A stretch of DNA of 64,000 bases from Patescibacteria group bacterium (GCA_036278915.1 DASUKB010000002.1:30152-94151); one strand, 5' to 3'. Positions 29,955 to 42,011 are shown, counted from the first letter of the stretch. Notes: generated from the sequence alone by a model not told the origin. Numbers and translations: made by a program.

Positions 29955-30530
29955 CTATTTAAATCTCACCGGCACTTCAAAGGATTTATCATTTGCCGGA
30001 TCGCCGGACGGGTTGTCGTTGTGGATCACAAGCTTGCCATAATCCGTAGTCGGCGCAGGAAATTTGAGAGTGGTATTGACGTCAACATAATCCGAAGTCA
30101 TCCAATTCTCGTCCGTATGATACCCCGTTTGCGCTAAGACATTACCATCTTCGTCCTCCAACTCGATCGGAAGATTTGCTTCAAAAAACCAGGTTCCCCG
30201 GACCTTGCCGGAAATAGTCATGGGACTTGTAACTATGTCGGCAATCTTGGGTGTGGTTATAATTACGTCCTGGTTTGTGACCGCGCTTTGATCGGTGAAA
30301 GTCTGGCCCTGCGGGGTGGTGCAGGTCGGCGGATTGGTCTGCTCTATCGGATAGCCAGCCAGAGCGCAAGAAGCATAATCAGTAGCTGTTTGGGTGTTGT
30401 TGTTCGTAGTCGGAGCTTGGCTTTTTTCCGGCATGAAGCTTAATAAAGCTATAACCACGGCCAGTACCACCACGCCGATTATAATATTACGGGTGTTATG
30501 AGCAGGCGGTTGGGGAATATTTTCATCCAT
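29955..30530 (-). CDS. Membrane-anchored protein with Gmad2-type Ig-like domain
   Basis: TM; C..AGYPI..P.C.TP.G.TF; SP..ISG..RGTWFFEA; DNPSG. Confidence 0.8.
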   Translation of the reverse strand: MDENIPQPPAHNTRNIIIGVVVLAVVIALLSFMPEKSQAPTTNNNTQTATDYASCALAGYPIEQTNPPTCTTPQGQTFTDQSAVTNQDVIITTPKIADIVTSPMTISGKVRGTWFFEANLPIELEDEDGNVLAQTGYHTDENWMTSDYVDVNTTLKFPAPTTDYGKLVIHNDNPSGDPANDKSFEVPVRFK

Positions 30531-30623
30531 AAGTTTTTGAGAGGATTAATGCAACCTCATTCTAATATTAATCCAAAAATTAGACAAGGCGATGTTGAGT
30601 CGACTCATGAGTCGACGTATTTC

Positions 30624-30650
30624 AAAACCAGGCTCATAGAGCCTGGTTTT
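30624..30650 (-). terminator. rpoC terminator
   Basis: AAAACCAGGCTC-ata-GAGCCTGGTTTT. Confidence 0.85.
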
Positions 30651-30670
30651 CTGATTACTGTATTATTTTA

Positions 30671-33600
30671 CTAGATGGCGTTGTCTGCGGCTTCAGCTGC
30701 TTCTTTCTCGGCCAGCGCGTCTTGGCGGTAGCCAGTGCCGGCGGGAATAAGTTTGCCAATAATGACATTCTCCTTGAGACCCCGCAAATAATCTGTCTTG
30801 GCGGTCACAGCCGCTTCGATAAGCACGCGGGTAGTTTCCTGGAAACTTGCCGCGGCCAGGAACGACTCGGTGTTGAGCGATGACTTGGTAATGCCCATAA
30901 GCAGTTGTTCAACTTCTGCTTTGCGGCCAGCTTCCCCAACTTTGGCATTAGACAGAGCCAAACGGGATTTGTCTATAAGGTCTCCGGACAAAAGTTCGGT
31001 ATCGCCGGCTTCCGTGACCCGGACTTTGGAAAACATCTGCCGGACAATAATTTCAATGTGCTTTTCGTTGACGTTCTGTCCCTGGGAGGCGTAAATTTCC
31101 TGAACTTCTTTAATGATGTAATCCTGACAGGCTTCAATCCCCCGCAATTCAAACAACTGATGCAAATTAAGGTTGCCTTCGGTTAGAGGCTGGCCCTTGT
31201 AAACCAATTCATTTTCTTTGACGATGAGCGAGAATCCAGCCGGAATTGTGTACTCTTTGAAATTCTCGGAGTCACGGATGACCACCAGTTTATCTTTTTC
31301 AATTTTAACCACGCCAGCGTTGTTGGCCTTAACAGTCGCGCCTTCGGTATCCACAAACAGCGGATCGCCTGCCGCTACAGTTTCTCCGTCTTTAATCTCG
31401 GTCTTGGGACTGGGCAGCGCGTATTCATCTTTGGAAATATCTTTGGCTTCAATGCGGATGACTGACTCCTTGTTGGAAGTTTTAATCGACGCCACATAAC
31501 CATTGATTTCCGAAATTGAAGCCTGGCCTTTAGGCTCACGCGCTTCAAGCAGTTCCTCCACGCGCGGCAAACCTTGAGTAATATCTAGTCCCGCGATACC
31601 GCCGGTATGGAATGTACGCATAGTCAGCTGGGTGCCTGGTTCGCCGATGGCCTGCGCCGCCACAATTCCTACGGCCGCGCCCAATTCCACGGGCCGGTTG
31701 AAACCCAAATCGTAGCCATAGCATTTAATGCACACGCCGCGCGTGAGGGTGCAGCGCAAGACCGTACGGACCTCGACTTCGGATACCCCAGATTTATCTA
31801 TTTTTTCGGAAAGTTTGTCGTCAATGTAAGTGCCCGCTTCGGCCACCATCTGTCCGTGCTCGTCTTTAATATCGGAGGCTAGCACCCGGCCAAAAATCCG
31901 GCGAGCCAAAGGCCGGCCAAGCGCTTCGCTTGAGGCGCGGGTGATAACTCGACCATCGTGAGCACCGCAATCTTCGGCGTTAACCACTAAATCCTGGGCC
32001 ACGTCCACCAGCCGCCTCGTCAAATAGCCTGCGTCGGCTGTGCGGAGCGCGGTATCTGTCATACCTTTTCTGGATCCGTGCGTAGAAATGAAATATTCCA
32101 AAATGTTCAGGCCCTCTTTGAATGAATCCCTGGCCGGCAGTTCGATAACTTCTCCGGCCGGATTGGTAACCAAGCCTTTCATGCCTGCCATCTGCGCAAT
32201 CTGCGATACGGATCCGCGCGCGCCGGAGTTGACCATCTGGTAAACCGTACCGTACTCGTCTAGAGTCGTGGTCACGGCTTCCGTGACTTTGTCGCGGACT
32301 TCGGCCCAAATTTCTATAACGCGATTTTGACGCTCCTTGGCTGTAAGCAATCCTTGCTGGTATTGTTCGAATGTACGTAAAACTTCGGCGTCTGCTTCCT
32401 TAAGCAACTGCGCTTTGATTTCCGGAACTTTCAAATCTGCCATACCCCAGGAGATGCCGGACTTTGTAACGTAATGGAAACCGACACGCTTGATGTCGTC
32501 CAGGAGTTGAGCCGTGCGCTCTATGCCAAAGTCGCGATAACAAATCTGCACGACTTTCTGCAGCATCTTTTTGTCCATGGTCTCGTTGACGAAGCGCATG
32601 TCTTCGGGCAAAACTTCATTAAACAGCACGCGTCCGACGCAAGTTTCCACCAACCCTTGATTGCCCCAGTTCTCACCCATGCGGATTTTGACGCGGGCCT
32701 TAAGCGTGATGATTTCTGATGCGTAAGCCAACATTGCCTCAGCAGGAGAGGAGAAAACCCGGCCTTCGCCTTTTTCATTTGGGTGAATGCGCGTCAGCCA
32801 ATAGCAACCCAGCACCATGTCCTGGTTTGGACCCATAATCGGTTCGCCGGATGCCGGTTTGAGCAAATTTTTGGCAGAAAGCATTATAGTTTTGGCCTCT
32901 TCCTGTGCTGCGGCAGTCAGTGAAACGTGGACAGCCATTTGGTCGCCGTCAAAGTCGGCGTTGAACGCCGGACAAACCAACGGATGGATTTGGATAGCCT
33001 TGCCTTCTATGAGCACGGGTAAAAACGCCTGAAACCCGAGACGGTGCAAGGTGGGGGCTCGGTTGAGTAAAACATAGTGATCTTTGGTCACTTCTTCTAA
33101 AATATCGTAGACTTCGGTCCGGCCTTGTTCAATTAATCGATTAGCCGAACGGACATTGTGCGCGTATTCGCGCAAAATCAATTTAGAAATAACAAACGGT
33201 TTGAACAGTTCCAAAGCCATTTTCTTGGGCAGGCCGCATTGGTGCAGTTTCAAATTCGGACCGCCGACGATGACCGACCGGCCGGAATAATCCACGCGTT
33301 TGCCGAGCAGGTTTTGGCGGAACCGGCCTTGTTTGCCTTTGAGCATGTCAGCCAAGGATCGCAGTTTGCGCTTCTGGCCAGTGGAGGCAGTCACCTCTTT
33401 GCCGTGGCGGATAGAGTTGTCGATGAGGGCATCCACCGCTTCCTGAAGCATGCGCTTTTCGTTGCGGGTAATAACTTCCGGCGCGCCGATTTCCAAAAGC
33501 TTTTTGAGACGGTTGTTGCGGTTGATAACGCGGCGGTAAAGGTCATTTAAGTCGGATGCGGCAAACCGGCCGCCGTCTAACTGCACCATCGGCCGCAGAT

Positions 33601-34558
33601 CCGGCGGAATCACCGGGAGATTTGAAATAATCATCCATTCCGGTCGGATGCCGGCGCGAATCATAGACTTCACTAATTTCAGGCGCTTGGTAAGCTTGCG
33701 CTTGTTCACACCCTCGGCAGTATTTATCTCTTCCTGCAACTCCTGGAATAATTTTTCCAAATCTAGTTCTTCCACCAGCTGCTGAATGGCAGCCGCGCCA
33801 ATACTTGCTGCAAACACGGGGCCATATTTAAGCGACAGGTCGCGATATTCCAATTCCGAAATTATCTGGTATTTTTTAATGGACTTGAGTTCTGAACGGG
33901 CCAGGTCACGAATCGACTCTAAATGTTCCAATTCGTGGCTTAATAGATCGCGGACGCGCATGGTCTCAGCATCTTCCTTTGCCGCCTTAAGATCTTTGTC
34001 TTCTGTTTCCGGCTTACCGGTTTCCGCTTTCTGTTTGGCTTGCTTAATCAGCGATTCATAACGAGCTTCAATTTCTTTCTTCTTGCTTTTAAATTCGCGC
34101 TCAATTTGTTCCATAGTTGAAGCTCTGGCATCTTCGTCCACGGACGTAATTATATACGCGGCAAAGTACACGACTTTCTCCAATTCCTGCACGGACAAGT
34201 CGAGCACCAATCCCAGCCGGGATGGCACGCCGCGCAAAAACCAGATATGCGCCACGGGTGCCGACAACGCTATGTGCCCCATGCGTTCGCGCCGCACGGC
34301 TGCGCGAGTCACCTCAACGCCGCACTTATCGCAAACTATGCCTTTATAGCGGATGCGCTTGTATTTACCGCAGTAGCATTCCCAGTCCTTAATCGGACCG
34401 AAAATTTTCTCGTCGAAAAGCCCGTCTTTTTCCGGGCGCTGAGTGCGGTAATTGATAGTCTCAGGCTTAGTAACTTCACCGTAGGACCAATTCAGAATAT
34501 CCTGCGGCGAGGCAAGCTTGAGACGAACCGCCTTAAATTCTTCTGTCTGCGTAGGCAT
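30671..34558 (-). CDS. rpoC: RNA polymerase beta' subunit
   Basis: [30 protein letters not shown]. Confidence 0.99.
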   Translation of the reverse strand: MPTQTEEFKAVRLKLASPQDILNWSYGEVTKPETINYRTQRPEKDGLFDEKIFGPIKDWECYCGKYKRIRYKGIVCDKCGVEVTRAAVRRERMGHIALSAPVAHIWFLRGVPSRLGLVLDLSVQELEKVVYFAAYIITSVDEDARASTMEQIEREFKSKKKEIEARYESLIKQAKQKAETGKPETEDKDLKAAKEDAETMRVRDLLSHELEHLESIRDLARSELKSIKKYQIISELEYRDLSLKYGPVFAASIGAAAIQQLVEELDLEKLFQELQEEINTAEGVNKRKLTKRLKLVKSMIRAGIRPEWMIISNLPVIPPDLRPMVQLDGGRFAASDLNDLYRRVINRNNRLKKLLEIGAPEVITRNEKRMLQEAVDALIDNSIRHGKEVTASTGQKRKLRSLADMLKGKQGRFRQNLLGKRVDYSGRSVIVGGPNLKLHQCGLPKKMALELFKPFVISKLILREYAHNVRSANRLIEQGRTEVYDILEEVTKDHYVLLNRAPTLHRLGFQAFLPVLIEGKAIQIHPLVCPAFNADFDGDQMAVHVSLTAAAQEEAKTIMLSAKNLLKPASGEPIMGPNQDMVLGCYWLTRIHPNEKGEGRVFSSPAEAMLAYASEIITLKARVKIRMGENWGNQGLVETCVGRVLFNEVLPEDMRFVNETMDKKMLQKVVQICYRDFGIERTAQLLDDIKRVGFHYVTKSGISWGMADLKVPEIKAQLLKEADAEVLRTFEQYQQGLLTAKERQNRVIEIWAEVRDKVTEAVTTTLDEYGTVYQMVNSGARGSVSQIAQMAGMKGLVTNPAGEVIELPARDSFKEGLNILEYFISTHGSRKGMTDTALRTADAGYLTRRLVDVAQDLVVNAEDCGAHDGRVITRASSEALGRPLARRIFGRVLASDIKDEHGQMVAEAGTYIDDKLSEKIDKSGVSEVEVRTVLRCTLTRGVCIKCYGYDLGFNRPVELGAAVGIVAAQAIGEPGTQLTMRTFHTGGIAGLDITQGLPRVEELLEAREPKGQASISEINGYVASIKTSNKESVIRIEAKDISKDEYALPSPKTEIKDGETVAAGDPLFVDTEGATVKANNAGVVKIEKDKLVVIRDSENFKEYTIPAGFSLIVKENELVYKGQPLTEGNLNLHQLFELRGIEACQDYIIKEVQEIYASQGQNVNEKHIEIIVRQMFSKVRVTEAGDTELLSGDLIDKSRLALSNAKVGEAGRKAEVEQLLMGITKSSLNTESFLAAASFQETTRVLIEAAVTAKTDYLRGLKENVIIGKLIPAGTGYRQDALAEKEAAEAADNAI

Positions 34559-34625
34559 ATAAATGAACTTCCTCGGTCTAATTTCTAAACTGTTTAGATC
34601 AATTAGAAATTAGGTCAATTAAAAA

Positions 34626-37600
34626 TTATTTTTTTGCCTTTTTCTTTTTGGCTTTGCCGTCTGCGGCCACAAGTTCGGTTTCGGCAAATTTTTCGTCTGT
34701 AGTCGCTAATTCGCGAATCTCACCGGCCGTATCGGGGATAACCTCGTCTGGTGTTTCTACCAAAGCCTCACCCACCAATTCAACATTCAGGCACAGTGAT
34801 TGTAATTCTTTAACCAGCACGCGGAAAGATTCCGGCACATTCGGTTTTTTAATTGGCTCGCCTTTGACTATGGATTCGTATGTTTTGGCGCGCCCGACCA
34901 CATCGTCGGATTTGATGGTCAGCATTTCCTGCAGAGTATGCGCCGCGCCATATCCTTCCAGCGCCCAGACTTCCATTTCGCCAAAGCGCTGGCCGCCAAA
35001 CTGGGCTTTGCCGCCCAAAGGCTGTTGGGTAATAAGCGAGTAAGGCCCGGTGGAACGGGCGTGCATCTTGTCGTCCACTAAATGATGAAGTTTAAGCATG
35101 TAAATAATGCCAACTGTGACTTTTTCCACGAACTGAATGCCGCTCTTGCCATCATAGAGACGGACCTTGCCGTCCTCAGGATACCCGGCGCGCTTAAGCT
35201 CGGAGCGGATGATTTCTTCTGGCACGCCATCCAGGGCAGGAGACGCCACGGTGTAGCCGAGTTTGAGTCCGGCCAAGCCCAGGTGTGTTTCTAAAATCTG
35301 CCCGATGTTCATACGTGAAGCCACGCCCAAGGGGTTGAGAATAATATCGACCTGCCGGCCGTCTTCCATAAACGGCATATCTTCCACTGGAATGACCTGG
35401 GAAATAACGCCTTTGTTGCCGTGCCGGCCGGCCATTTTGTCGCCGACTTGAATTTTGCGCAGTACTGCAACTGAAACTTGAATAGATTTAATGACTCCAG
35501 ACGGGAGCTTGTCGCCCTGTTCGCGGCTAAATTCTCGAATGTGCACTACTTTGCCGTACTCGCCGTGAGGCAAAGTCAATGAAGTATCTTTTACATCGCG
35601 GGATTTTTCGCCAAAAATTACGCGGAGCAGTTTCTCTTCGGCCGTAAGGTCAGTTTCACCTTTCGGAGTAATCTTGCCGACCAAAATATCGCCCGCGGAA
35701 ACCTGCGCCCCGATCCGGATGACTCCATTTTCATCCAAATCCTTGAGTTTTTCTTCGCCGACATTCGGAATGTCGCGGGTTATAATCTCCGGCCCGAGTT
35801 TAGTGTCGCGCACGTCAATTTTGAAATCTTCTATATGAATCGATGAATAACGGTCATCCTGCACGACTTTGGATGAGATCAAAATCGCATCTTCGTAATT
35901 GCCGCCTTCCCAAGACATAAAAGCCACGAGCATATTCTGCCCCAGCGCCAGTTCGCCATGGTCAATGGATGCGCCGTCGGCTAGTGGGTCCCCGGCCTTA
36001 ATCGCCTGTCCTTTTTGGACCATTGGATGCTGGTTGATGGAAGTGGAAGTATTCGAACGGATAAATTTAAGCAGCGGGTATTCGCGCTTTTTGCCGTTTT
36101 TCTCAAGCAATACTACGCGTTCGGACGTGACGGAGGATACCACGCCGTCTTCTTCGGCTATCAAGACTTGTCCGGAGTCATAAGCAGCTTTGCCTTCGAC
36201 TCCCGTGCCTACGATTGGCGCTTCCGGCTTAATGCACGACACAGCCTGGCGTTGCATGTTGGAACCCATGAGCGCGCGGTTGGCGTCATCGTGTTCCAAA
36301 AACGGAATTAAAGATGTCGTCACGGAAATAATCTGCTTCGGTGAGATTTCGAGATAATTTATTTCGGAAGTTTCGGCAATTGAAGGCTCGCCATGGACCC
36401 GGACGCTGGTGCGCTCATCTGCGAAGTAGCCGTCCTCGTTAATTTTGGTCGTGGCCTGGCCGATAATAACAAATTGCTCTTCGTAAGCGTCAAGGTACTC
36501 CACATCATCAGTGACGTTCGGTTTAATTCGAATCGAAATTAAAGATTTGTTGGCAGCAAGTTTGCTGGCTTGGTCTTTGGAAATTGTTTCTCCGGCATGC
36601 ACCACAATCTGTCCCTTTTCGTCATTCAAATCAAAAAGCGCGATGTGCCCGGCGGCTTCCTTGCCGTCATTTGCAACCTCATTGAGGACTTTACGATATG
36701 GTGTTTCTATAAACCCGAAGTCATTGATGCGGGCAAAGCTTGCTAAATGTGCAACGAGACCGATGTTCGGACCTTCCGGCGTGGTAATTGGACACAACCG
36801 GCCGTAGTGGGAGCGGTGCACGTCGCGGACTTCAAATCCTGCGCGTTCGCGCGAAAGACCACCAGGACCAAGCGCAGAGAGGCGGCGCTTGTGTTCCAGT
36901 TCTGCTAAAGGATTGGTCTGGTCCATAAACTGCGAAAGCTGGGAGGATGAGAAAAATTCCTGAATGACCGCAACAATCGGGCGGACGTGTATAAGCTGGG
37001 CCGGAGTTACGGTTTCTATGTCCGCCAAACTCATGCGGTCTTTGGCAATGCGGCTCATACGCGCCAATCCCACGCGGAATTTGGCCTGAATAAGTTCGCC
37101 CACGGACTTCACGCGGCGGTTAGAAAGATGATCAATGTCGTCCCATGGCCCTTGGGTGTTGTTGAGACGGATAATTTCGCGGATAATACCTGTGAGATCG
37201 GCCTTCGTGAGAATTTTATCCTCGCGGTCGTCAACATTGAGGCGCTGGTTGAGCTTGTATCGTCCGACTTCAGACAAATCATACCGATCGGCATGGAAAA
37301 ACATAGCTTCAATCAAAGATCGAGCATTATCTACGGTCGCCAAATCACCTGGACGGATGCGCTTGTAAACTTCCTTAAAACCTTCATCAGCGGACTTGGA
37401 AGGGTCCTTGTCCAAAGTATTTTGGATGTAGCGCATGTCAGGGTTGGTATCGATGTCAGACACCGCGGAAAGCATTTCTTCCTCCGAAGCATAGCCAAAC
37501 ACGCGCATGAGCGCGGTCACAGGAATTCGACGCTTGCGGTCAATTTTCACGGACATGACGCCATTGGCATCGGTGTCTATTTCAAGCCAGGCGCCGCGGT

Positions 37601-38123
37601 TAGGAATAATTTTGGCACCGTACCAATTGCGGCCGCGGGCCATTTCCCCTGTAAAAAACACGCCCGGAGACTTTACCAACTGAGATACGACCACGCGCTC
37701 CACGCCGTTTATGACAAACGTGCCGCGCGGAGTCATCAATGGAAAGTCACCCAGATACACGTCCTGGGTTTTGGTCTTGCCTGTAACTTTGTTGACCAGC
37801 TTTACCGAAACGTAAAGCGGTGCTTCAAAGGTCGTGTTTCGTTCCTTGGCCAGCTTTTCGTTGTATTTGGGTTTATCTAAGTAGTATTCTCCGAAAAACA
37901 ATTCTAGGTTTTTACCAGTGAAGTCTTTAATAGAATTGATTTCCGCAAACAGTTCAGCTAATCCCTTATCCAAAAACCACTTGTAGGATCGCAGCTGCGA
38001 TTCAATCAAATTTGGCATCTCCAAAACTTCGGAGAAGCCGGTAAAATATTTCCTAACCCCCCGATGGCGGGTAGGAACACTTAATTTAAGGCTTAGGTTA
38101 GCCGTTTTCACTTTTTGAGACAT
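34626..38123 (-). CDS. rpoB: RNA polymerase beta subunit
   Basis: SQLSQFMDQ, GDKMAGRHGNKG, GGQRFGEME. Confidence 0.99.
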   Translation of the reverse strand: MSQKVKTANLSLKLSVPTRHRGVRKYFTGFSEVLEMPNLIESQLRSYKWFLDKGLAELFAEINSIKDFTGKNLELFFGEYYLDKPKYNEKLAKERNTTFEAPLYVSVKLVNKVTGKTKTQDVYLGDFPLMTPRGTFVINGVERVVVSQLVKSPGVFFTGEMARGRNWYGAKIIPNRGAWLEIDTDANGVMSVKIDRKRRIPVTALMRVFGYASEEEMLSAVSDIDTNPDMRYIQNTLDKDPSKSADEGFKEVYKRIRPGDLATVDNARSLIEAMFFHADRYDLSEVGRYKLNQRLNVDDREDKILTKADLTGIIREIIRLNNTQGPWDDIDHLSNRRVKSVGELIQAKFRVGLARMSRIAKDRMSLADIETVTPAQLIHVRPIVAVIQEFFSSSQLSQFMDQTNPLAELEHKRRLSALGPGGLSRERAGFEVRDVHRSHYGRLCPITTPEGPNIGLVAHLASFARINDFGFIETPYRKVLNEVANDGKEAAGHIALFDLNDEKGQIVVHAGETISKDQASKLAANKSLISIRIKPNVTDDVEYLDAYEEQFVIIGQATTKINEDGYFADERTSVRVHGEPSIAETSEINYLEISPKQIISVTTSLIPFLEHDDANRALMGSNMQRQAVSCIKPEAPIVGTGVEGKAAYDSGQVLIAEEDGVVSSVTSERVVLLEKNGKKREYPLLKFIRSNTSTSINQHPMVQKGQAIKAGDPLADGASIDHGELALGQNMLVAFMSWEGGNYEDAILISSKVVQDDRYSSIHIEDFKIDVRDTKLGPEIITRDIPNVGEEKLKDLDENGVIRIGAQVSAGDILVGKITPKGETDLTAEEKLLRVIFGEKSRDVKDTSLTLPHGEYGKVVHIREFSREQGDKLPSGVIKSIQVSVAVLRKIQVGDKMAGRHGNKGVISQVIPVEDMPFMEDGRQVDIILNPLGVASRMNIGQILETHLGLAGLKLGYTVASPALDGVPEEIIRSELKRAGYPEDGKVRLYDGKSGIQFVEKVTVGIIYMLKLHHLVDDKMHARSTGPYSLITQQPLGGKAQFGGQRFGEMEVWALEGYGAAHTLQEMLTIKSDDVVGRAKTYESIVKGEPIKKPNVPESFRVLVKELQSLCLNVELVGEALVETPDEVIPDTAGEIRELATTDEKFAETELVAADGKAKKKKAKK

Positions 38124-38225
38124 AAAATAATCCCTCTTTTTGCCATATGCAAAAAGAGCCGCGGCAGGCTACTTCTTTATAATGTTGTATATCACATCCG
38201 TATATTAAACCATCCAAAAACTTTG

Positions 38226-39458
38226 TCAAGTTGCACTTTCTTGCAAGTGCCTATGAAAAGGTTTAAGTAGTATTCCCAGGCCAATCAACAATAACCCGAC
38301 CACTGCAATCAAAATCGATAGCGGCAGCACATCTGCGATAATCCCTACGATAATCGTGGGCAGCGTGGCGGCCGCGTGCTGTAGCACGTAGAGCGAACCA
38401 TAGACCCGGCCGCGGATGTCCGAGGCGGCATGAGTCTGCAAAATTGAGTGGCTTGGGGCGAATATATGCGAATTAAAATATCCGGCGCCAATTGCGATAA
38501 TCGCATAATAAAATAGCTTATAAGGCAGGTTGTTGACCAACGACAGCAGCACCACCGCCACGCCCATGCCATAGAAACCCACGGTCACGAGCTGCACGCG
38601 CGACCGCCTTCGCTCCTCCGTGCCCAAAAGCAGAGCCCCGGCCAAAATTCCTAACCCCAGTGGCAAGATGGCCAGAAACGATCCCCGATCCAAATCCAAA
38701 CCCAAACTTTTTTCTATAAACGCCGGGGCAATCGTAATAAGCGTGCCGTTTATAAATTGCACGGAAAGCAAAGCCAAAAGAGGAAAATGCAGTTTGTTGT
38801 TGTCCCAAAAATGCTGAATCCCTACCAGGAACTCGCCCCAAATATTTTTGATCAAATGACGAGTTTGACCCAAGCCCATCCGCAGGTTTGGCAGAAGCGA
38901 CGTAGCAATGGTGGCGATTATAAGAAGCGCAAATCCAGCCAAAAATGGCGCGCGCGGTCCAAACCACGCCACCAAAGGCCCGGCCGCGGCAAAGCCCGCG
39001 ATAAGAGCAAAGCTCCCGGTGAATGAAAAGTAGCTGTTGGCCACAAGCAGATCTTTTTTGTCCACCAAATTGGGAATCGAAGGCGCTTCAGCCGGCAGAT
39101 AAAATTGATTAAGCGATGAATAAATAAAAGTAACAACCACCAACCCCCAAAAATTATTGAGGAATGGAATATAAAGAGCTACGGCCAAGGCCTGCAAAAA
39201 ATTAATAATAGTTAGAAGCCATTTGCGATCAAACCGGTCGGCGTAAACTCCAGCCAAAGCGCCGAAGACCATGGTTGCTAGTCCGAACGCAAACACCAAA
39301 ATACCAACCGAAGCTGAAGATTTGGTCAGGTCAAAAACCTTAAGCAGTACGGCAAAGCTTAGAAGATAATTGGTAAGCTGGGATGCAACCTGTGAGATCC
39401 AAAGCTTGGTAAAGTTGGTATTTTTGAGAACCTCCAAATACGAACCTAGGGTAGCCAT
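38226..39458 (-). CDS. MFS transporter
   Basis: About 12 TMs; motif A GVYADRFDRK. Confidence 0.9.
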   Translation of the reverse strand: MATLGSYLEVLKNTNFTKLWISQVASQLTNYLLSFAVLLKVFDLTKSSASVGILVFAFGLATMVFGALAGVYADRFDRKWLLTIINFLQALAVALYIPFLNNFWGLVVVTFIYSSLNQFYLPAEAPSIPNLVDKKDLLVANSYFSFTGSFALIAGFAAAGPLVAWFGPRAPFLAGFALLIIATIATSLLPNLRMGLGQTRHLIKNIWGEFLVGIQHFWDNNKLHFPLLALLSVQFINGTLITIAPAFIEKSLGLDLDRGSFLAILPLGLGILAGALLLGTEERRRSRVQLVTVGFYGMGVAVVLLSLVNNLPYKLFYYAIIAIGAGYFNSHIFAPSHSILQTHAASDIRGRVYGSLYVLQHAAATLPTIIVGIIADVLPLSILIAVVGLLLIGLGILLKPFHRHLQESAT

Positions 39459-39832
39459 TGACGTTTTTTGGGTTTAGTGATATGCGGTCCGCTGCTGTAT
39501 ATAGGCTTGAGCATGCCCTGGCCTTTTTGGGCCATAATCTTTTGGAAATTAAAATTCGAAGTAGGCACAATTGGCACCTTCAGTGCGAAAGCCAAGGCGT
39601 TTGCGGCCACTACTCCCTGCCGAATGGCGCTGAAAAAGCTGCCACCTGTGCGTACTGCAAGCTTTTCCACGTCAGAAAATTTTAATTTATGTTTCCGCAG
39701 GAATGCCGCGATTACATTGGGCAAATCTTCGGCGCGTGCATTGGAAATCTGCTGCCGAAAAATTTTATCCGCAGAAATAGCAGCCGCTATTTCCGGCTTG
39801 TCTTGATTGGTCGTATCCAGGTAAAGCAACAT
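39446..39832 (-). CDS. tsaB: Short TsaB-like protein
   Basis: LYLDTT, AEDL, G.SFFSAIRQGVVAANALAFAL, C-terminal PIY. Confidence 0.75.
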   Translation of the reverse strand: MLLYLDTTNQDKPEIAAAISADKIFRQQISNARAEDLPNVIAAFLRKHKLKFSDVEKLAVRTGGSFFSAIRQGVVAANALAFALKVPIVPTSNFNFQKIMAQKGQGMLKPIYSSGPHITKPKKRQWLP

Positions 39833-40405
39833 CTAAGCGGTTTCCTTGTGCTGCGGGGGATTTTTGATTTTATCATTTATTCGGATCAGTCTAACGACTT
39901 CCGCCACCAAGCGCTTTGGGTCTGAGTCAAACACAATCCGTTTGCGTCCTCGATGGGCGATTTTGAGGATTTTATCAATTTCCGTTTCAGCGCCACCTGT
40001 GCCAGTGAGCACACCCATAACGCGCTTATCCTCAAAAGCCGTGGTGAATTCATTAAGCGTGCCGATGCGGCCGCAGATGGTAATGACTGCATCCGCGGAC
40101 CGGGTCATAAGCATATTACGACCGGAATAATCAAAGCCGGTATAAATAATTAAATCCATGTATCTCGTGGGCAGATGATAGGTTTTTATGTGAGCTTGCT
40201 TGGACACCGCCGGTGACAGGCCAATCGAAATGCCTCCCGCCGCCTTGGCGCCGCGCGTAGCCCACTCCGGCACGCCAATAGTAGCGCCGGTTATGAGCAC
40301 GCAATTGTGTTTGGCGATTTGTCTGCCAACTTCATAGGCCTTTTTAAATGCGCCGGGAGCGCAATTGTTGATGGCCGAACCGGAAACTGCGATTTTGTAT
40401 TGCAT
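39833..40405 (-). CDS. LOG-family protein
   Basis: AYEVGRQIA..LITGA, GRN, GRIGTLNE. Confidence 0.85.
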   Translation of the reverse strand: MQYKIAVSGSAINNCAPGAFKKAYEVGRQIAKHNCVLITGATIGVPEWATRGAKAAGGISIGLSPAVSKQAHIKTYHLPTRYMDLIIYTGFDYSGRNMLMTRSADAVITICGRIGTLNEFTTAFEDKRVMGVLTGTGGAETEIDKILKIAHRGRKRIVFDSDPKRLVAEVVRLIRINDKIKNPPQHKETA

Positions 40406-40425
40406 GATCGTTATTTTATTTCCGT

Positions 40426-41361
40426 TTATCTAATTAGGTTTCTTAAAGCTCTGGCATTCTTATAAACATTATACCAAAGCGGTGAATAAATGATATCAAA
40501 CGCACCCGGCGAGGCGAGCTCAAACCCACCGAATGATTTTTTAAATCGCGTAATGCCGTTCCACGCGTGGTCTGTGGCAGCTCCTTCCGGTGCAATGCCG
40601 CCGAAATCGTAATACTTATAACCCAGACTTTGCGAAAGCTTTATGGCTTCCCAGTGCAGAGCAAACGGTGCCATCGCATCTTTCAGACGACTAGACGAGC
40701 CCCCATGCAAATAAGTTGCCGTGCTCCCAAACAAAGTCAAAAGCATGCAAGCCAAGGGCTCGCCTTGGTATTCGGCAATTAGGATTTTAATGTTCGGCCC
40801 TAAAGTTTCGAACATCTGCCAATAATAATTCTGCGGATGCAGCCGAAATTTGTTGCGTCCAGAGGTCTCAAGCAACAATTTGTAAACTGTGAGCAAATCG
40901 GATGCTCCCCCCTGCCGGACGGTAACCCCTTTGCGTGTAGCAAGCCCAATATTGTAGCGGGTTTTTGGTTTCATCCCGGCCAAGATCTGGTCTTCCGAAA
41001 CCTCCAAATCCAAAAGCCAACTGTGGTTGGGCTGGGTATCCTTCACAGCGCGAGGCAAACTTTGCTCAAGCTCCGGTTCGATGCGCGCAAACACGATCGA
41101 ATGGTTCAGACGTGACTGCTCAGCGAGATCTTTTCGCGCCGACTCAACATTGCCTAAGGGTCCGCGCGGGCAATAGACATAGCTTTTGCCGGCCATGAGC
41201 GGAATTTCCACGGCCTGATTGATGTAATCGGACCCTGCGAACCGGAACAGGCTAAACCCCAAGCTCTTTTGGAATTCGCCCCACTGCCACGACTGCAAAA
41301 TCGAGCCGTTAAGCTCGATGGTTTTTTTATCCCATGCATCTTGGCCTAAATTTGAAATCAT
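40426..41361 (-). CDS. FemAB/FemX-family peptidoglycan bridge peptidyltransferase
   Basis: LQSWQWGEF, YCPRGP, KTRYNI, YDFGG, GITRFKKSFGG. Confidence 0.9.
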   Translation of the reverse strand: MISNLGQDAWDKKTIELNGSILQSWQWGEFQKSLGFSLFRFAGSDYINQAVEIPLMAGKSYVYCPRGPLGNVESARKDLAEQSRLNHSIVFARIEPELEQSLPRAVKDTQPNHSWLLDLEVSEDQILAGMKPKTRYNIGLATRKGVTVRQGGASDLLTVYKLLLETSGRNKFRLHPQNYYWQMFETLGPNIKILIAEYQGEPLACMLLTLFGSTATYLHGGSSSRLKDAMAPFALHWEAIKLSQSLGYKYYDFGGIAPEGAATDHAWNGITRFKKSFGGFELASPGAFDIIYSPLWYNVYKNARALRNLIR

Positions 41362-41921
41362 TTTTGCAAATTTTTTAAGGCCAGTTTAATTTTATCCTGC
41401 ACTGATTTTGATTCGGGGACATTCTTTAATGCTTCGCGAGCCTGCTGTTCCCTATAACCCAGTGTCATAAGCGCTTCCAGCGCGTCCGAGTGCTCAGCCG
41501 CAATTGGGGTGGCATTGCCTTGGCTCTTAAGTTTTTCGCGCAGCTCAACAATAACTCTTTCGGCAGTTTTTGTCCCAATCCCTGAAACTTTCTTAAATAA
41601 TCCGGCATCGCCGGAGGCAATCGCAGACTTAATCATATCCAATGATGAGACTGACATAATACCGAGCGCGGACTTGGGCCCAACTCCGGATACGGTGAGC
41701 AGCAACTCAAAAAATTCAAGCTCATTTATATTGGAGAAGCCATAAAGAGTGATCTGGTCTTCTCTGACATAAGTATGGATGACAAAACTTGCTGCGCTGC
41801 CCACTTTGGCTTCAAAGTGCTGCGGCGGCGTGACAAAAACCTTATATCCCACCCCGCCTGTTTCCACAATAAGAAACCCGGTGCCTTTGTGTTGAATTTT
41901 CCCCGCAATTGAACCTATCAT
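41358..41921 (-). CDS. ruvA: Holliday junction branch migration protein RuvA
   Basis: GGVGY, VRED..LYGF, VSGVGPKSA, GIGTKTAER. Confidence 0.97.
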   Translation of the reverse strand: MIGSIAGKIQHKGTGFLIVETGGVGYKVFVTPPQHFEAKVGSAASFVIHTYVREDQITLYGFSNINELEFFELLLTVSGVGPKSALGIMSVSSLDMIKSAIASGDAGLFKKVSGIGTKTAERVIVELREKLKSQGNATPIAAEHSDALEALMTLGYREQQAREALKNVPESKSVQDKIKLALKNLQK

Positions 41922-42011
41922 AAATGGATTATATCATTTTCAAGCATATCGCTCTATACAGAGCTTGGGTGAATTTGTTACAATACAATTTAGTTTAAAT
42001 CTCAATTATTT

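Noticed and set aside
33880-34130. Long charged insertion in RpoC (and a ~55-aa insert in RpoB)
   Set aside because: These match known positions of lineage-specific RNAP insertions; no palindromic DNA or intein motifs
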